Shown here: positions 8,754 to 20,063 of the stretch, in pieces
Numbering within the stretch: the first letter of the stretch is position 1
Layout of the letters: each line of letters begins with the position of its first letter
Assembly: GCA_030637025.1 (NCBI GenBank)
Contig: DAOVVV010000013.1
Location: 1-61,161, forward strand
Source of the DNA: Clostridia bacterium
Lineage (GTDB): Bacteria > CBDUZB01 > JAGLHV01
DNA: 61,161 nucleotides
Direction: 5' to 3'
Program-made: the position numbers and the translations under genes
Notes under the pieces: model-generated
What the model was told of the DNA's origin: nothing
Databases searched by the model: none
The model's input: the letters and a program-made list of their open reading frames with translations, nothing else

Positions 8754-8782
8754 ATTTTACAATATTTAGTACTGCCTGTCAA
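8754..8782 (-). promoter_or_regulatory. Sigma70-like promoter
   Basis: TTGACA-N17-TAAAAT on the - strand. Confidence 0.6.
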
Positions 8783-8820
8783 CCTTCCTGGAATATTTTT
8801 TTTATTTTTTTATCTGTTTA

Positions 8821-9420
8821 TTACATCTCTCTTCTGCCTTCTATCGATTTGGCTAAAGTTCTTGCATCTGTATATTCCAGAGCACTTCCTATAGAAATAC
8901 CCTGGGCTAAGCGGGTAACTTTTACTCCCAGAGGTTTTATTAATTCCGACAGATATACTGCTGTCGCTTCCCCGGTAACATTAGGATTCGTTGCAATAAT
9001 TACTTCGGAAATTTGTTCTGTCTGAATCCTTTTGATTAAGTCTGTTATTTTAAGATCGTCCGGACCTATTGCCTCTAAAGGAGACAGTGCTCCCATTAAA
9101 ACATGATATATTCCCTTATATCCTCCCCCTTTTTCTATTGCGGAAATATCATGCGTTCTCTCTACAACACAAAGCACTGTTTTATCCCGTTGGGGATTCC
9201 TGCAAATCGAACAGATTTCATCCTCCGTAATATTAAAGCAACGGGAACAATAATGTATTTTGTTTTTTACTTCTCTTATTACACTGATCAGCCTTTCTAT
9301 CTCTCCCGGAGACATCTTAAAAACATGAAACCCTATTCTTTCTGCCATTCGGGACCCAACTCCGGGCAAACTACGTAATACTTTTATTAAGTTTTCCATA
9401 GACGAAATATTAGAATTCAT
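8821..9420 (-). CDS. recR: Recombination mediator RecR
   Basis: LPGVG HhH, C4 zinc finger, Toprim motif IIATNPNVTGEATA. Confidence 0.97.
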   Translation of the reverse strand: MNSNISSMENLIKVLRSLPGVGSRMAERIGFHVFKMSPGEIERLISVIREVKNKIHYCSRCFNITEDEICSICRNPQRDKTVLCVVERTHDISAIEKGGGYKGIYHVLMGALSPLEAIGPDDLKITDLIKRIQTEQISEVIIATNPNVTGEATAVYLSELIKPLGVKVTRLAQGISIGSALEYTDARTLAKSIEGRREM

Positions 9421-11112
9421 TTAGTTTGTTCTCTCTATTACTCTTCCGTTAAAAATATTCAGCACTTTTTGAGTATACGGATCTATTTCTTCTTTTTCTG
9501 TTTTTTCCTCTGCCGGAAAAGAAGGAGCAATCATTTCTTCTCCTACAACACATCTCATTTTAGCTTTTTCTCCGGTTATTTTTTCTATTGCTTTTGTAAT
9601 CAATTTAGAATTTTTTTCTACCCCTTTTAAAAAAAACTTTTCTTTTGGGGAAAATTCCAGAAGATAAGTATTCCCTTCTGTTTTCTTAATTTTTGCCCTG
9701 GTTAAAAAAGACCCTACTGATTGTTTCTGTGAAATAATTTCCTTAATAATTCCATTCCATGTGCTCTCTGAAAATTTCTCTTCTATTTTGTTTTCCGTTG
9801 TTTTCATCGTTAATGTTTGTTTTTTTTCTTCCCGGGGAAGGGAAATACTTTTTATTTCTTTCTTGTCTTTTCCTATTTGTTCCGTTGTTTGTTCCGTTGT
9901 TTGTTCCGTTGTTTGTTCTGTTGCTTGTTCTGTTGCTTGTTCCGTTGTTTCCCCTGTAATTTCATCGGATGTTTCTTCTAATCGTTGTTGTAAAAGGGTA
10001 ATCTTCTTAATGATTTCATCAATATTTACATAAGGCTGGCCTAACTTAATCAGGTTTATTTCTAAAACCAACTGCGGATCATCACTCCATTTCATCCGTT
10101 CCTGACAGATAGAAATCAATTCTATAATATATAAAAGCCGTTCAACAGAAAACAATTTTTTCTTTTCGTTTAACACTTCCCGGTCTTTATCTGATTTTTC
10201 TTCCAAAATAATACTATCTTCTCCGGTTGTCTTAGCCATTAATAAATCACGAAAATATCGTTTTAACTCCGAACTCAATTGATGGACATCATATCCTTTA
10301 TTTATTACTTCTTTCAGTAAGGCCAGCAATTCCCGGGAACGGTTTTGGCTAATTAAATCGGAAAATTTAAATAATATTTCTCCGGGTAAAATACCCAGAA
10401 AAGCAATTACCGCCTTCTCTTCTTTTTCTTCCAAAGAAATAACCTGTTCAAAAACACTCAACGCATCTCGTAAACTCCCTGCTCCCTGCTTAGCCACCAG
10501 ACTAATCGCTCCGGATTCTATTAAAATTTTTTCTTTCTCAACTATAGAGGTTAAATGTTTTTTTATTTCATTAAAAGAAATTAACTTAAAATTAAAGCGT
10601 TGGCAACGAGATAAAATAGTTGCCGGAATTTTATGGGGTTCGGTAGTGGCCAGAATAAAAATGACATGAGAGGGCGGTTCTTCTAATGTTTTAAGTAAAG
10701 CATTAAAAGCATCCGTGGTTAACATATGTACTTCATCAATAATATATATTTTATAGTGCTTCCCAGTGGGAGCAAACTTTACATTTTCCTTTAAACTCCT
10801 GATTTCGTCAATTCCCCGATTAGAAGCCCCGTCTATTTCCAAAACATCTAATGCCCTGCCCTCTGTTATTTCCTGACAGTATACACATTTATTGCAAGGT
10901 TGAGCAGTCGGGCCTTCTTTACAGTTTAATGCTTTAGCTAAAATTCTAGCCATAGTCGTTTTTCCCACACCCCGCGACCCGGAAAATAAAAATGCATGTG
11001 CAATTCTCTTTGTTTTAATACTATTTTGTAAAACCCGGGCAATATGTTCCTGGCCAAGAACCTCTTCGAATCTCTGCGGACGATATTTACGAGCTAAAAC
11101 CAAATAAGACAT
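9421..11112 (-). CDS. dnaX: DNA polymerase III subunit gamma/tau
   Basis: LARKYRPQ, GSRGVGKTT, IIDEVHML, SRC motifs. Confidence 0.97.
   Translation of the reverse strand: MSYLVLARKYRPQRFEEVLGQEHIARVLQNSIKTKRIAHAFLFSGSRGVGKTTMARILAKALNCKEGPTAQPCNKCVYCQEITEGRALDVLEIDGASNRGIDEIRSLKENVKFAPTGKHYKIYIIDEVHMLTTDAFNALLKTLEEPPSHVIFILATTEPHKIPATILSRCQRFNFKLISFNEIKKHLTSIVEKEKILIESGAISLVAKQGAGSLRDALSVFEQVISLEEKEEKAVIAFLGILPGEILFKFSDLISQNRSRELLALLKEVINKGYDVHQLSSELKRYFRDLLMAKTTGEDSIILEEKSDKDREVLNEKKKLFSVERLLYIIELISICQERMKWSDDPQLVLEINLIKLGQPYVNIDEIIKKITLLQQRLEETSDEITGETTEQATEQATEQTTEQTTEQTTEQIGKDKKEIKSISLPREEKKQTLTMKTTENKIEEKFSESTWNGIIKEIISQKQSVGSFLTRAKIKKTEGNTYLLEFSPKEKFFLKGVEKNSKLITKAIEKITGEKAKMRCVVGEEMIAPSFPAEEKTEKEEIDPYTQKVLNIFNGRVIERTN
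9876..9947. repeat. 12-bp in-frame tandem repeat (6 units) in dnaX
   Basis: (T/C)TTGTTC(C/T)GTTG x6, encoding TEQA/TEQT units. Confidence 0.9.
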
Positions 11113-11137
11113 TACTTTCCCCTTTTAAAAAGCTTTC

Positions 11138-11213
11138 TGGTGGAGCAGGCGGGAATCGAACCCGCGGCCTCACCCGTGCGAGGGGTGCGCTCTCCCATCT
11201 GAGCTACTGCCCC
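11138..11213 (-). tRNA. tRNA-Ala(CGC)
   Basis: GGGGCAGTAGCTCAGATGGGAGAGCGCACCCCTCGCACGGGTGAGGCCGCGGGTTCGATTCCCGCCTGCTCCACCA; G3.U70 identity pair; CCA encoded. Confidence 0.97.
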
Positions 11214-11262
11214 TGGAAATAAAATCTACTTCTTTTGCTTATTATAATAAACTATTGCTTAC

Positions 11263-12267
11263 CTAAAATTGAAAGCGAAAATTTCCAGCCAGGGCATAAT
11301 TATCTTCACTGTATTCACCGGATACCCCTAATTTAAATAAAGTAAGCCCGAACTCTATTCCTCCAACCAAACGAAAATTAGATTTGTCCGGATCACAGGA
11401 AGAGGTTCCCCTGATAAGCATATCATCAGAAAGAGTAACAGTAGGCATCGCAGTTTCGGTTAAAGTAATTGTTCCCCCGGTTTCTAATGTAGTATCTATA
11501 CTTCCCGAATTTTGATCTATTCCGGCACCTAAAAACAAATTAACCATAGCCAGTTTTTTACTATACATCGCCATAATTCCTATAGAATTAATATCCCACT
11601 CCGTTTCCCAGGAAGAAACAGACTCTACCTTTTGCTCATAATTAACCGGACCGTATGTTTCCTGTGAAATATGGTTATAGTCCCGGCTGATTTCTATTGA
11701 CCCGGTTAATTTATTAAAAGACAAATTTATAGCCACTCCTCCCGGACTGGCAATTCCATCTTTCCATATTTCTTTACGCAGTTGAATTCCATAAAGGGTA
11801 TGCTTTATCTCGCAATCATTTATATCGTAGGAAAAAGCTCCCAATTTTATTCCGATATCCGTATCCCCTAACACCGGTAAAGAAGGAAGCCCCAGTTTAG
11901 CCTGAAGCATCGGCACCGGTATAAGTACAGTTTTAGGAATATCTATTTGAGTTGAATCGACTGTATCCGTAGGAAGAGCATCGAAAGAACTTTCATCTAA
12001 TTTTCTTATTGCTGTAGCCAAAGAAATTCCTAACTCAAAGTGAGGCAAAGAAAGGACGTTAGCGGGTAAATCAGGGCCTATTCCCGGTAAAAAAGATAAC
12101 GGCTTACTCAATTCACTTCCTATCCAATCACTCAGCACTTCATAATCTCCCTCTAAGCTTTCTGTAGCCATCACCAAATCCCCGGCAACATCAGCAAAAA
12201 GAAAAGCATTACATCCCCAACAAACCATCAATACTACAACTAAACATAAAAAACTTTTTCTTTTCAT
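11263..12267 (-). CDS. Exported protein, probable outer-membrane beta-barrel
   Basis: Signal peptide, amphipathic strands, C-terminal FRFQF; AGGAGG RBS. Confidence 0.7.
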   Translation of the reverse strand: MKRKSFLCLVVVLMVCWGCNAFLFADVAGDLVMATESLEGDYEVLSDWIGSELSKPLSFLPGIGPDLPANVLSLPHFELGISLATAIRKLDESSFDALPTDTVDSTQIDIPKTVLIPVPMLQAKLGLPSLPVLGDTDIGIKLGAFSYDINDCEIKHTLYGIQLRKEIWKDGIASPGGVAINLSFNKLTGSIEISRDYNHISQETYGPVNYEQKVESVSSWETEWDINSIGIMAMYSKKLAMVNLFLGAGIDQNSGSIDTTLETGGTITLTETAMPTVTLSDDMLIRGTSSCDPDKSNFRLVGGIEFGLTLFKLGVSGEYSEDNYALAGNFRFQF

Positions 12268-12297
12268 ACCCTTTCCTCCTTTGATAAAAAGTATTTT

Positions 12298-12465
12298 AGA
12301 CTTCTACAAAATAGCCTTTTTCCCTTTATTGTCATTCCTGCGAAAGAAGGAATCTATTGATATCTTAAGCACATTATAGATTCCGCATCATCCGCCTTAG
12401 GCGGAGCGGAATGACCCGCCTTATGAACTGACGGACAGGCAGAATGTGTTCTTTTGCTGAACTTT
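12298..12465. mobile_element. MITE-like family A copy carrying nested palindromes
   Basis: Ends AGACTTCTACAAAATA / CTTTTGCTGAACTTT; internal GTCATTCCTGCGAAAGAAGGAATC..GATTCCGC..GCGGAATGAC shared with 18825 and 44600. Confidence 0.75.
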
Positions 12466-12495
12466 TATAAAAGTATTTAAGACTCCCTATAAAAT

Positions 12496-14931
<2,436 letters not shown>

Positions 14932-15231
14932 TCAAATGTTTTTTATTGTAAACTTAATCTCTTTTATGTCTTCTTTACCTATATGTTTATTTATTTCTTT
15001 TATAAGCTCTCTTTTTTTAAAAATAAGTTCCTGAAGATAGACAGGAGATTCCACTGTTATCCACATTTTACCCTGCTTTACCTTAACCACCTGAGTATGC
15101 TTAGCACTTTTTCCGGATACTTTTTCCCATATCCGGTGCAATTGATAATTTTCTTCTTTTAGCCCTATTTTGTTTTTTATTATTTTAATAATTTCTTCGG
15201 AAGAAAAAAAACCCATCTTTTCCTCTATCAA
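14932..15231 (-). CDS. DUF721 / DciA-family protein
   Basis: WEKVSG..HT..ITVESPVYLQEL pattern; position between dnaN and gyrB. Confidence 0.75.
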   Translation of the reverse strand: MIEEKMGFFSSEEIIKIIKNKIGLKEENYQLHRIWEKVSGKSAKHTQVVKVKQGKMWITVESPVYLQELIFKKRELIKEINKHIGKEDIKEIKFTIKNI

Positions 15232-15243
15232 GCATAAAAATAT

Positions 15244-16359
15244 TTATATTTTCATCGGCATAATTACGCAAAGATAATCTTCATTTTCTACAGGCTTAAT
15301 CACCCCGGGGCTAAGAGGTTCATTAAGTTCAAGATAAATTTCGTCAACATTAATATTTTTTAGAATATCCATTACATAATTAGGATTATAAGCAATTTCT
15401 ATTTGTTCATTATCATAATCAATATTAATTTCATCCTCTGCTTCTCCCAAACCAATAGTATTTGCCAATATTTTTAATTTATCTTTTTCCAATATATACT
15501 TTACGGAATTACTTCTTTCATTAGTTAAAACAGCAACCCTTTTTGTAGACCTAAAAAACTTCTCAACATCCAGCTTAACTTTCAATTTACTGGATACAGG
15601 AATTACCTGTTCATAATTGGGAAATCTCCCTTCTATTAACCGTGAAATTAAAATAGTATCGTCTAATTTAAAAATAATTTGGTTTTCTTCTATAGATATT
15701 TTTATTATCTTATCCTTTTCCTCTGTAACAGTAGTCAATAAATTTTTTAACTCATTCACTGCTTTACTGGGAATAATTATCTCTATTTTTTCTTTTTTGC
15801 AAGTAGAATTATCAAGTTCTTTAGTAATAAAACACAACCTTCTTCCATCCGTAGCCACCATCTTTATTTTTTTCCCTTCTATAACTAAATAGATACCGTT
15901 TAATACATACCGGCTTTCATCACGGGAAGTAGCAAAAATTGTTTTCTGAATCATTTCTTTTAATATTTCGGCCTTTATTTCTATGTATTCTTTTTGAGTA
16001 AATCCGGGCAAAACCGGAAATTCTTCGCTGGAAATACCGGTAATGGAAAATTTAGCCTGCCCGCTGGTTATATTTATTTGATTGTCTTTCACATTTATAA
16101 GGACTTCGTTCTTTGGTAGTTCACGGATAATATCCATGAATTTCTTAGCAGGAATAGAAATCGACCCTTTTTTTATAATTTCTCCTTTTATAAAACACTT
16201 AATTCCTACTTCTAAATCAGTAGCAGCCATTTTTATTTTATCTTTTTGAGTCTCCATCAGAAAATTAGTTAAAATAGGAAGATTGGTTTTACTACTTATG
16301 GCTAATTGTACAATTTGAAGGCCTTTTAGTAATTCATCTTTTGAACAGATTATTTTCAT
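15244..16359 (-). CDS. dnaN: DNA polymerase III beta clamp
   Basis: ATDLE, ATDGRRL, GRFPNYEQVIP, C-terminal VIMPMKI. Confidence 0.97.
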   Translation of the reverse strand: MKIICSKDELLKGLQIVQLAISSKTNLPILTNFLMETQKDKIKMAATDLEVGIKCFIKGEIIKKGSISIPAKKFMDIIRELPKNEVLINVKDNQINITSGQAKFSITGISSEEFPVLPGFTQKEYIEIKAEILKEMIQKTIFATSRDESRYVLNGIYLVIEGKKIKMVATDGRRLCFITKELDNSTCKKEKIEIIIPSKAVNELKNLLTTVTEEKDKIIKISIEENQIIFKLDDTILISRLIEGRFPNYEQVIPVSSKLKVKLDVEKFFRSTKRVAVLTNERSNSVKYILEKDKLKILANTIGLGEAEDEINIDYDNEQIEIAYNPNYVMDILKNINVDEIYLELNEPLSPGVIKPVENEDYLCVIMPMKI

Positions 16360-16369
16360 TGGCGTTCTC

Positions 16370-16615
16370 CTTTATAATAGTTTATTATTATTATTTTTTA
16401 AGTATTTAAGTAATAATCATCATAATAAGGGTTGTTAATATGTTAGTAAACGGGCCTAAATTCATTTATTTGTATATATAATAAAAAAAAATGTAATTTA
16501 AAATATCTAGTATCCTGTTAGTATAAATAAAAACATATTACCATTATTAAGAAAGAATTAAGAAAGTTCAAAAGTATTAACAGAATTAAGAAGTTACTAT
16601 AATAATATCCACAAG
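16370..16615. other. oriC part between dnaA and dnaN (AT-rich unwinding region, degenerate DnaA boxes)
   Basis: Very AT-rich; ATATCCACA 16605-16613; degenerate boxes at ~16432-16449 next to the trinucleotide run TAATAATCATCATAATAA. Confidence 0.65.
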
Positions 16616-17986
16616 TTATGCCTGATAATCTTTTCCTGTTTTTATTTCCTTAATAATTTTATTAACTAAAGCAGTAAAATAAGGATCTTTTGTTAATTTT
16701 TTCTTTATTTTTTCACAAGCATACATTACCGTTGTATGGTCTCTTTTTCCAAAGAATTCTCCGATTTCCGTAGTAGATAATTCTGTCAGTGAACGGGCTA
16801 AATACATAGCGATTTGGCGGGGAAATGCTATTGCATCAGTCCTTTTTTTACTTTTTATATCGGCAACAGCTAAATTAAAATGTTTACAAATTACTTCCTG
16901 AATAGAAGGAAGAGTTATAGGAATTAAAATTTCTTCTTTGGTAATAATATCTTTTAATATTTCTTTAGTTTTTTCTACAGTAATATCATTTTCGGTAAGA
17001 GAAGCAAAAGCGACTATTCTAATTAAAGATCCTTCTAGTTTTCTAATATTTGACTTTATTTGAGAAGCTATAAAAAAAATAACATCTTCCGGAACAAAAA
17101 GTCTTTCATTTTCAGCTTTTTTACGTAAAATAGCAATTCTTGTTTCTAAATCAGGAGGTTGAATATCAGCAATTACACCCCATTCAAACCGGGAACGGAG
17201 ACGTTCTTCAATAGTAGGTAGTTCTTTAGGAACAGAATCGGAAGTAATAACAATTTGTTTATGGGCGTCATAAAGAGCATTAAAAGTGTGAAAGAAAATT
17301 TCCTGAGTACTTTCTTTGCCTGCTAAAAATTGAATATCATCGATTAATAAAGCGTCCAGTCCTCTGAATTTTTGATGAAATTTACCCATTCTGTCATTTC
17401 GCAGGGCATCTATCATTTCATTAGTAAATTTCTCACAGCTTAAGTAACAAACTTTAGCCTGAGGGTTTTGTTCTTTTATATAATATCCGATAGCATGTAA
17501 TAGATGAGTTTTTCCCAGGCCTACTCCTCCGTAAAAAAATAATGGATTATATGCCCGTCCGGGAGAATTAGCTACTGCTTCGGCAGCAGCCTGAGCAAAA
17601 CGATTGGAAGGGCCGACAACAAAGCTGGAAAAGGTATATTTTGGGTTAAAGTCGTTACCTATAAAAGTAGGTGGTTTTAGTTCTGTTTTTTTTATAGACT
17701 CAAGGTCTGTATCGTGTTTTTGTTCAATATCTTCTTCCTTCGAAATAATAAAACGAACGGTAATAGGTTGGTTGGTCATGGTTACCAGGAGGGTTTCTAT
17801 TTTTTCTAAATAATGTTGTTTTAACCAATCAGAAAAGAATTTATTAGGGACCTGGATAAGAAAGATGTTTTCCTTAAGAGATAATGGCTCTAAAGGTTTA
17901 AACCATAAAGAAAAACTCTCTTCATTTATATCCTTTTTTATCGTCTCTAAAGCCTTTATCCATAAATTATTCACAGTGTTAGGCAT
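16616..17986 (-). CDS. dnaA: Chromosomal replication initiator DnaA
   Basis: YGGVGLGKTHL, LLIDDIQF, RLRSRFEWG, RDHTTV. Confidence 0.98.
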   Translation of the reverse strand: MPNTVNNLWIKALETIKKDINEESFSLWFKPLEPLSLKENIFLIQVPNKFFSDWLKQHYLEKIETLLVTMTNQPITVRFIISKEEDIEQKHDTDLESIKKTELKPPTFIGNDFNPKYTFSSFVVGPSNRFAQAAAEAVANSPGRAYNPLFFYGGVGLGKTHLLHAIGYYIKEQNPQAKVCYLSCEKFTNEMIDALRNDRMGKFHQKFRGLDALLIDDIQFLAGKESTQEIFFHTFNALYDAHKQIVITSDSVPKELPTIEERLRSRFEWGVIADIQPPDLETRIAILRKKAENERLFVPEDVIFFIASQIKSNIRKLEGSLIRIVAFASLTENDITVEKTKEILKDIITKEEILIPITLPSIQEVICKHFNLAVADIKSKKRTDAIAFPRQIAMYLARSLTELSTTEIGEFFGKRDHTTVMYACEKIKKKLTKDPYFTALVNKIIKEIKTGKDYQA

Positions 17987-18110
17987 AATTAAGACCCCTT
18001 CAAATATTAAATGGTGTTTTTTAGTATCTTTTTTTATCCGACTAAAAAAGACGGGAATAGAAAAAAAGATGTTAAAGCATAATGGAGAAAGTGGTTAAGA
18101 ATGTTAAAAG

Positions 18111-18141
18111 TTATCCACAGGTTATTAACAAAAGTGGATAA
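18111..18141. promoter_or_regulatory. DnaA-box cluster upstream of dnaA
   Basis: Perfect TTATCCACA 18111-18119, TTATTAACA, AGTGGATAA 18133-18141; further boxes at 17956 and 17967 inside the dnaA 5' end. Confidence 0.8.
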
Positions 18142-18244
18142 CTTTGTTTTTTCCAAAACAGCCATTTTTGCCTGAATTGTTTTTACTGCGAAAGAAAAGG
18201 ATAAAAAAAAGAAAAACAAACAAAATGCAAAAAAGGACTCCTAA

Positions 18245-18273
18245 AGTGTAATCTAAAAAGGACAAAAAGTCAA
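18245..18273 (-). promoter_or_regulatory. Probable dnaA promoter
   Basis: TTGACT-N17-TACACT on the - strand. Confidence 0.55.
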
Positions 18274-18293
18274 GAAAAAAGAAAGTGTCTTAA

Positions 18294-18794
18294 TTACTTA
18301 CCGGTAATGTAATAGCTAATTCTTAAAAATTTGGTATATTTACGAAGAGTTTGAGCTTTTAATTGTTTCTTTTTTAGATCGTCCGGAGCATCTTGAAACG
18401 CAGGGAGATCATTAAGAAGTTTTTCTAAATATTCTGTTTCTTACTCGGGAGTCATAAAATTATCCCGGATTTCTTTAAATTCACCGGAATCTAGAAAAAA
18501 ACCGCCGCAGGTACAACATTCGTCAATAGTAATTTCTTTTTGAGAAGGATATCTAAGTATGTGCATGGGAATGTTGCATTTTGGACAATTAATTTTTCCC
18601 CGGGAGTCAGTATTTAGTCTCGGAAAAAGGAGGGTCTCTTTAAGCGCACCACCAAATCCTTCATTTTTTTCATCAAGTTTCCTTAATTTCAACCAATCAA
18701 ACCAGATTCCCTTACAGCCGCTTTCACAGATGTCAACCAAGACTGCTCCTAAATCTTTTTCTGTCATCATTTTTTGACAAAGAGGACAATTCAT
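18294..18794 (-). pseudogene. zf-TFIIB-type double zinc-ribbon protein interrupted by an in-frame TAA at 18441-18443
   Basis: CPLC..VDICESGCKGIWFD and CPKC..IDECCTCGGFFLDSGE; frame stays open for 48 more codons after the TAA. Confidence 0.7.
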
Positions 18795-18824
18795 AGCATT
18801 CCTCCTTTAATATAAAAAGGCAAA

Positions 18825-18978
18825 AGAGTTCTGCAAAATACAATATTCTGTCATTCCGCTCCGCCTCATCCGCCTGAGGCGGAGGATGATGCGGAATCTA
18901 TAATGTTTTTAAATATCAATAGATTCCTGCTTTCGCAGGAATGACAATCAAGGTAAAAAGGCTATTTTGCAGAAGTCT
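18825..18978. mobile_element. MITE-like family A copy (reverse orientation) with doubly nested palindrome
   Basis: 16-bp terminal inverted repeats AGAGTTCTGCAAAATA / TATTTTGCAGAAGTCT; body is the reverse complement of 44600-44729. Confidence 0.8.
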
Positions 18979-19177
18979 AATAAAAAGATAATGTTAAAAA
19001 TAGCTGCATATTTCTGTTCTGATTTTTGAAAAATAGTTTTTTTAGCAGGTCATCTTTTTTAATACTACCGATAAGATTTTTGATAAATAAAACATTTTAC
19101 ATTATTAGGTATAATTATAAAGAGAAAAAATAAAAAGTCAAGAAAGTTCTTAAAGATTCTTTTATATTTTTATTTTC

Positions 19178-19206
19178 TTGACAAAGGGTAATTGATAAAG
19201 TATAAT
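19178..19206 (+). promoter_or_regulatory. rpmH operon promoter
   Basis: Perfect TTGACA-N17-TATAAT. Confidence 0.8.
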
Positions 19207-19256
19207 CAAACCCAAATTTCAAAGGGTGTAACTATTTTAGGATTCAGGAGAAAAAG

Positions 19257-19391
19257 ATGAAAAGGACTTTTCAACCAAATATAAGAAAAAGAAAAAAGAA
19301 ACACGGTTTCAGGAAAAGAATGAGCACACAAGAAGGACAGGCAATTTTAAGCCGAAGAAGGAAAAAAGGAAGAAAAAAATTATCTGCATAA
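19257..19391 (+). CDS. rpmH: 50S ribosomal protein L34
   Basis: Manual translation [52 protein letters not shown]; too short for the ORF track. Confidence 0.97.
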   Translation: MKRTFQPNIRKRKKKHGFRKRMSTQEGQAILSRRRKKGRKKLSA

Positions 19392-19407
19392 AGATAAATA
19401 AAATGAA

Positions 19408-19788
19408 ATGAAGAAAGAATTTTCTTTCCCCAAAGAAGAACACCTGAGATTAAAAAAAGAGTTTAATGCTGTTTTTCAGGCAAAAGAAACATGCGTCAGC
19501 ACAGAATTAGTGATTTATATAAAAAAAAGAAATTCTTTGACCGAAAGCGGAAATGAGAAAAAAAAACTAAATTCACGCATAGGAATTATCCTGAAAAGGA
19601 AAGTAGGTAAGGCAGTAAGACGAAATCGTATCAAAAGATTAATTAGAGAAGTTTTTCGTTTAAATAAAGGGAAACTTATTATAGCTGTAGATATGATTGT
19701 AATTGCCCGGATGAAGATAAAAGAGATGGATTATTTTCAGATGGAAAAAGAAATTCTTTCTTTGTGGAAAAAGGCAAAAATAATTTAG
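19408..19788 (+). CDS. rnpA: Ribonuclease P protein component
   Basis: KVGKAVRRNRIKRLIRE RNR motif; follows rpmH. Confidence 0.95.
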   Translation: MKKEFSFPKEEHLRLKKEFNAVFQAKETCVSTELVIYIKKRNSLTESGNEKKKLNSRIGIILKRKVGKAVRRNRIKRLIREVFRLNKGKLIIAVDMIVIARMKIKEMDYFQMEKEILSLWKKAKII

Positions 19789-19823
19789 AAGATAAAATTA
19801 ATTAAGTTTAATAAAAAACGTCA

Positions 19824-20033
19824 ATGGTAAAAAAAAGCATTTTAGCATTAATAAGAAACTATCAAAAACTATCCTTGCTCTGGCCTAAAACCTGCCGTTT
19901 TTATCCAACATGCTCGGCATATACAGCCGAAGCAATACAGAAATACGGGGTGAAAAAAGGATGCTTTTTGGGGATAAGAAGAATTATTAAATGTCATCCC
20001 TTTTATTCCGGGGGATATGATCCGGTAATTTAA
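19824..20033 (+). CDS. yidD: Membrane protein insertion efficiency factor YidD
   Basis: [21 protein letters not shown]. Confidence 0.95.
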   Translation: MVKKSILALIRNYQKLSLLWPKTCRFYPTCSAYTAEAIQKYGVKKGCFLGIRRIIKCHPFYSGGYDPVI

Positions 20034-20063
20034 AATAAAAAGGAAACAAAAGGAAAAGAAGTT

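Noticed and set aside
9815-9845. Programmed frameshift or slippage site in dnaX (A8 run)
   Set aside because: A-runs of this length are common throughout this AT-rich window and no downstream stimulatory hairpin is evident.
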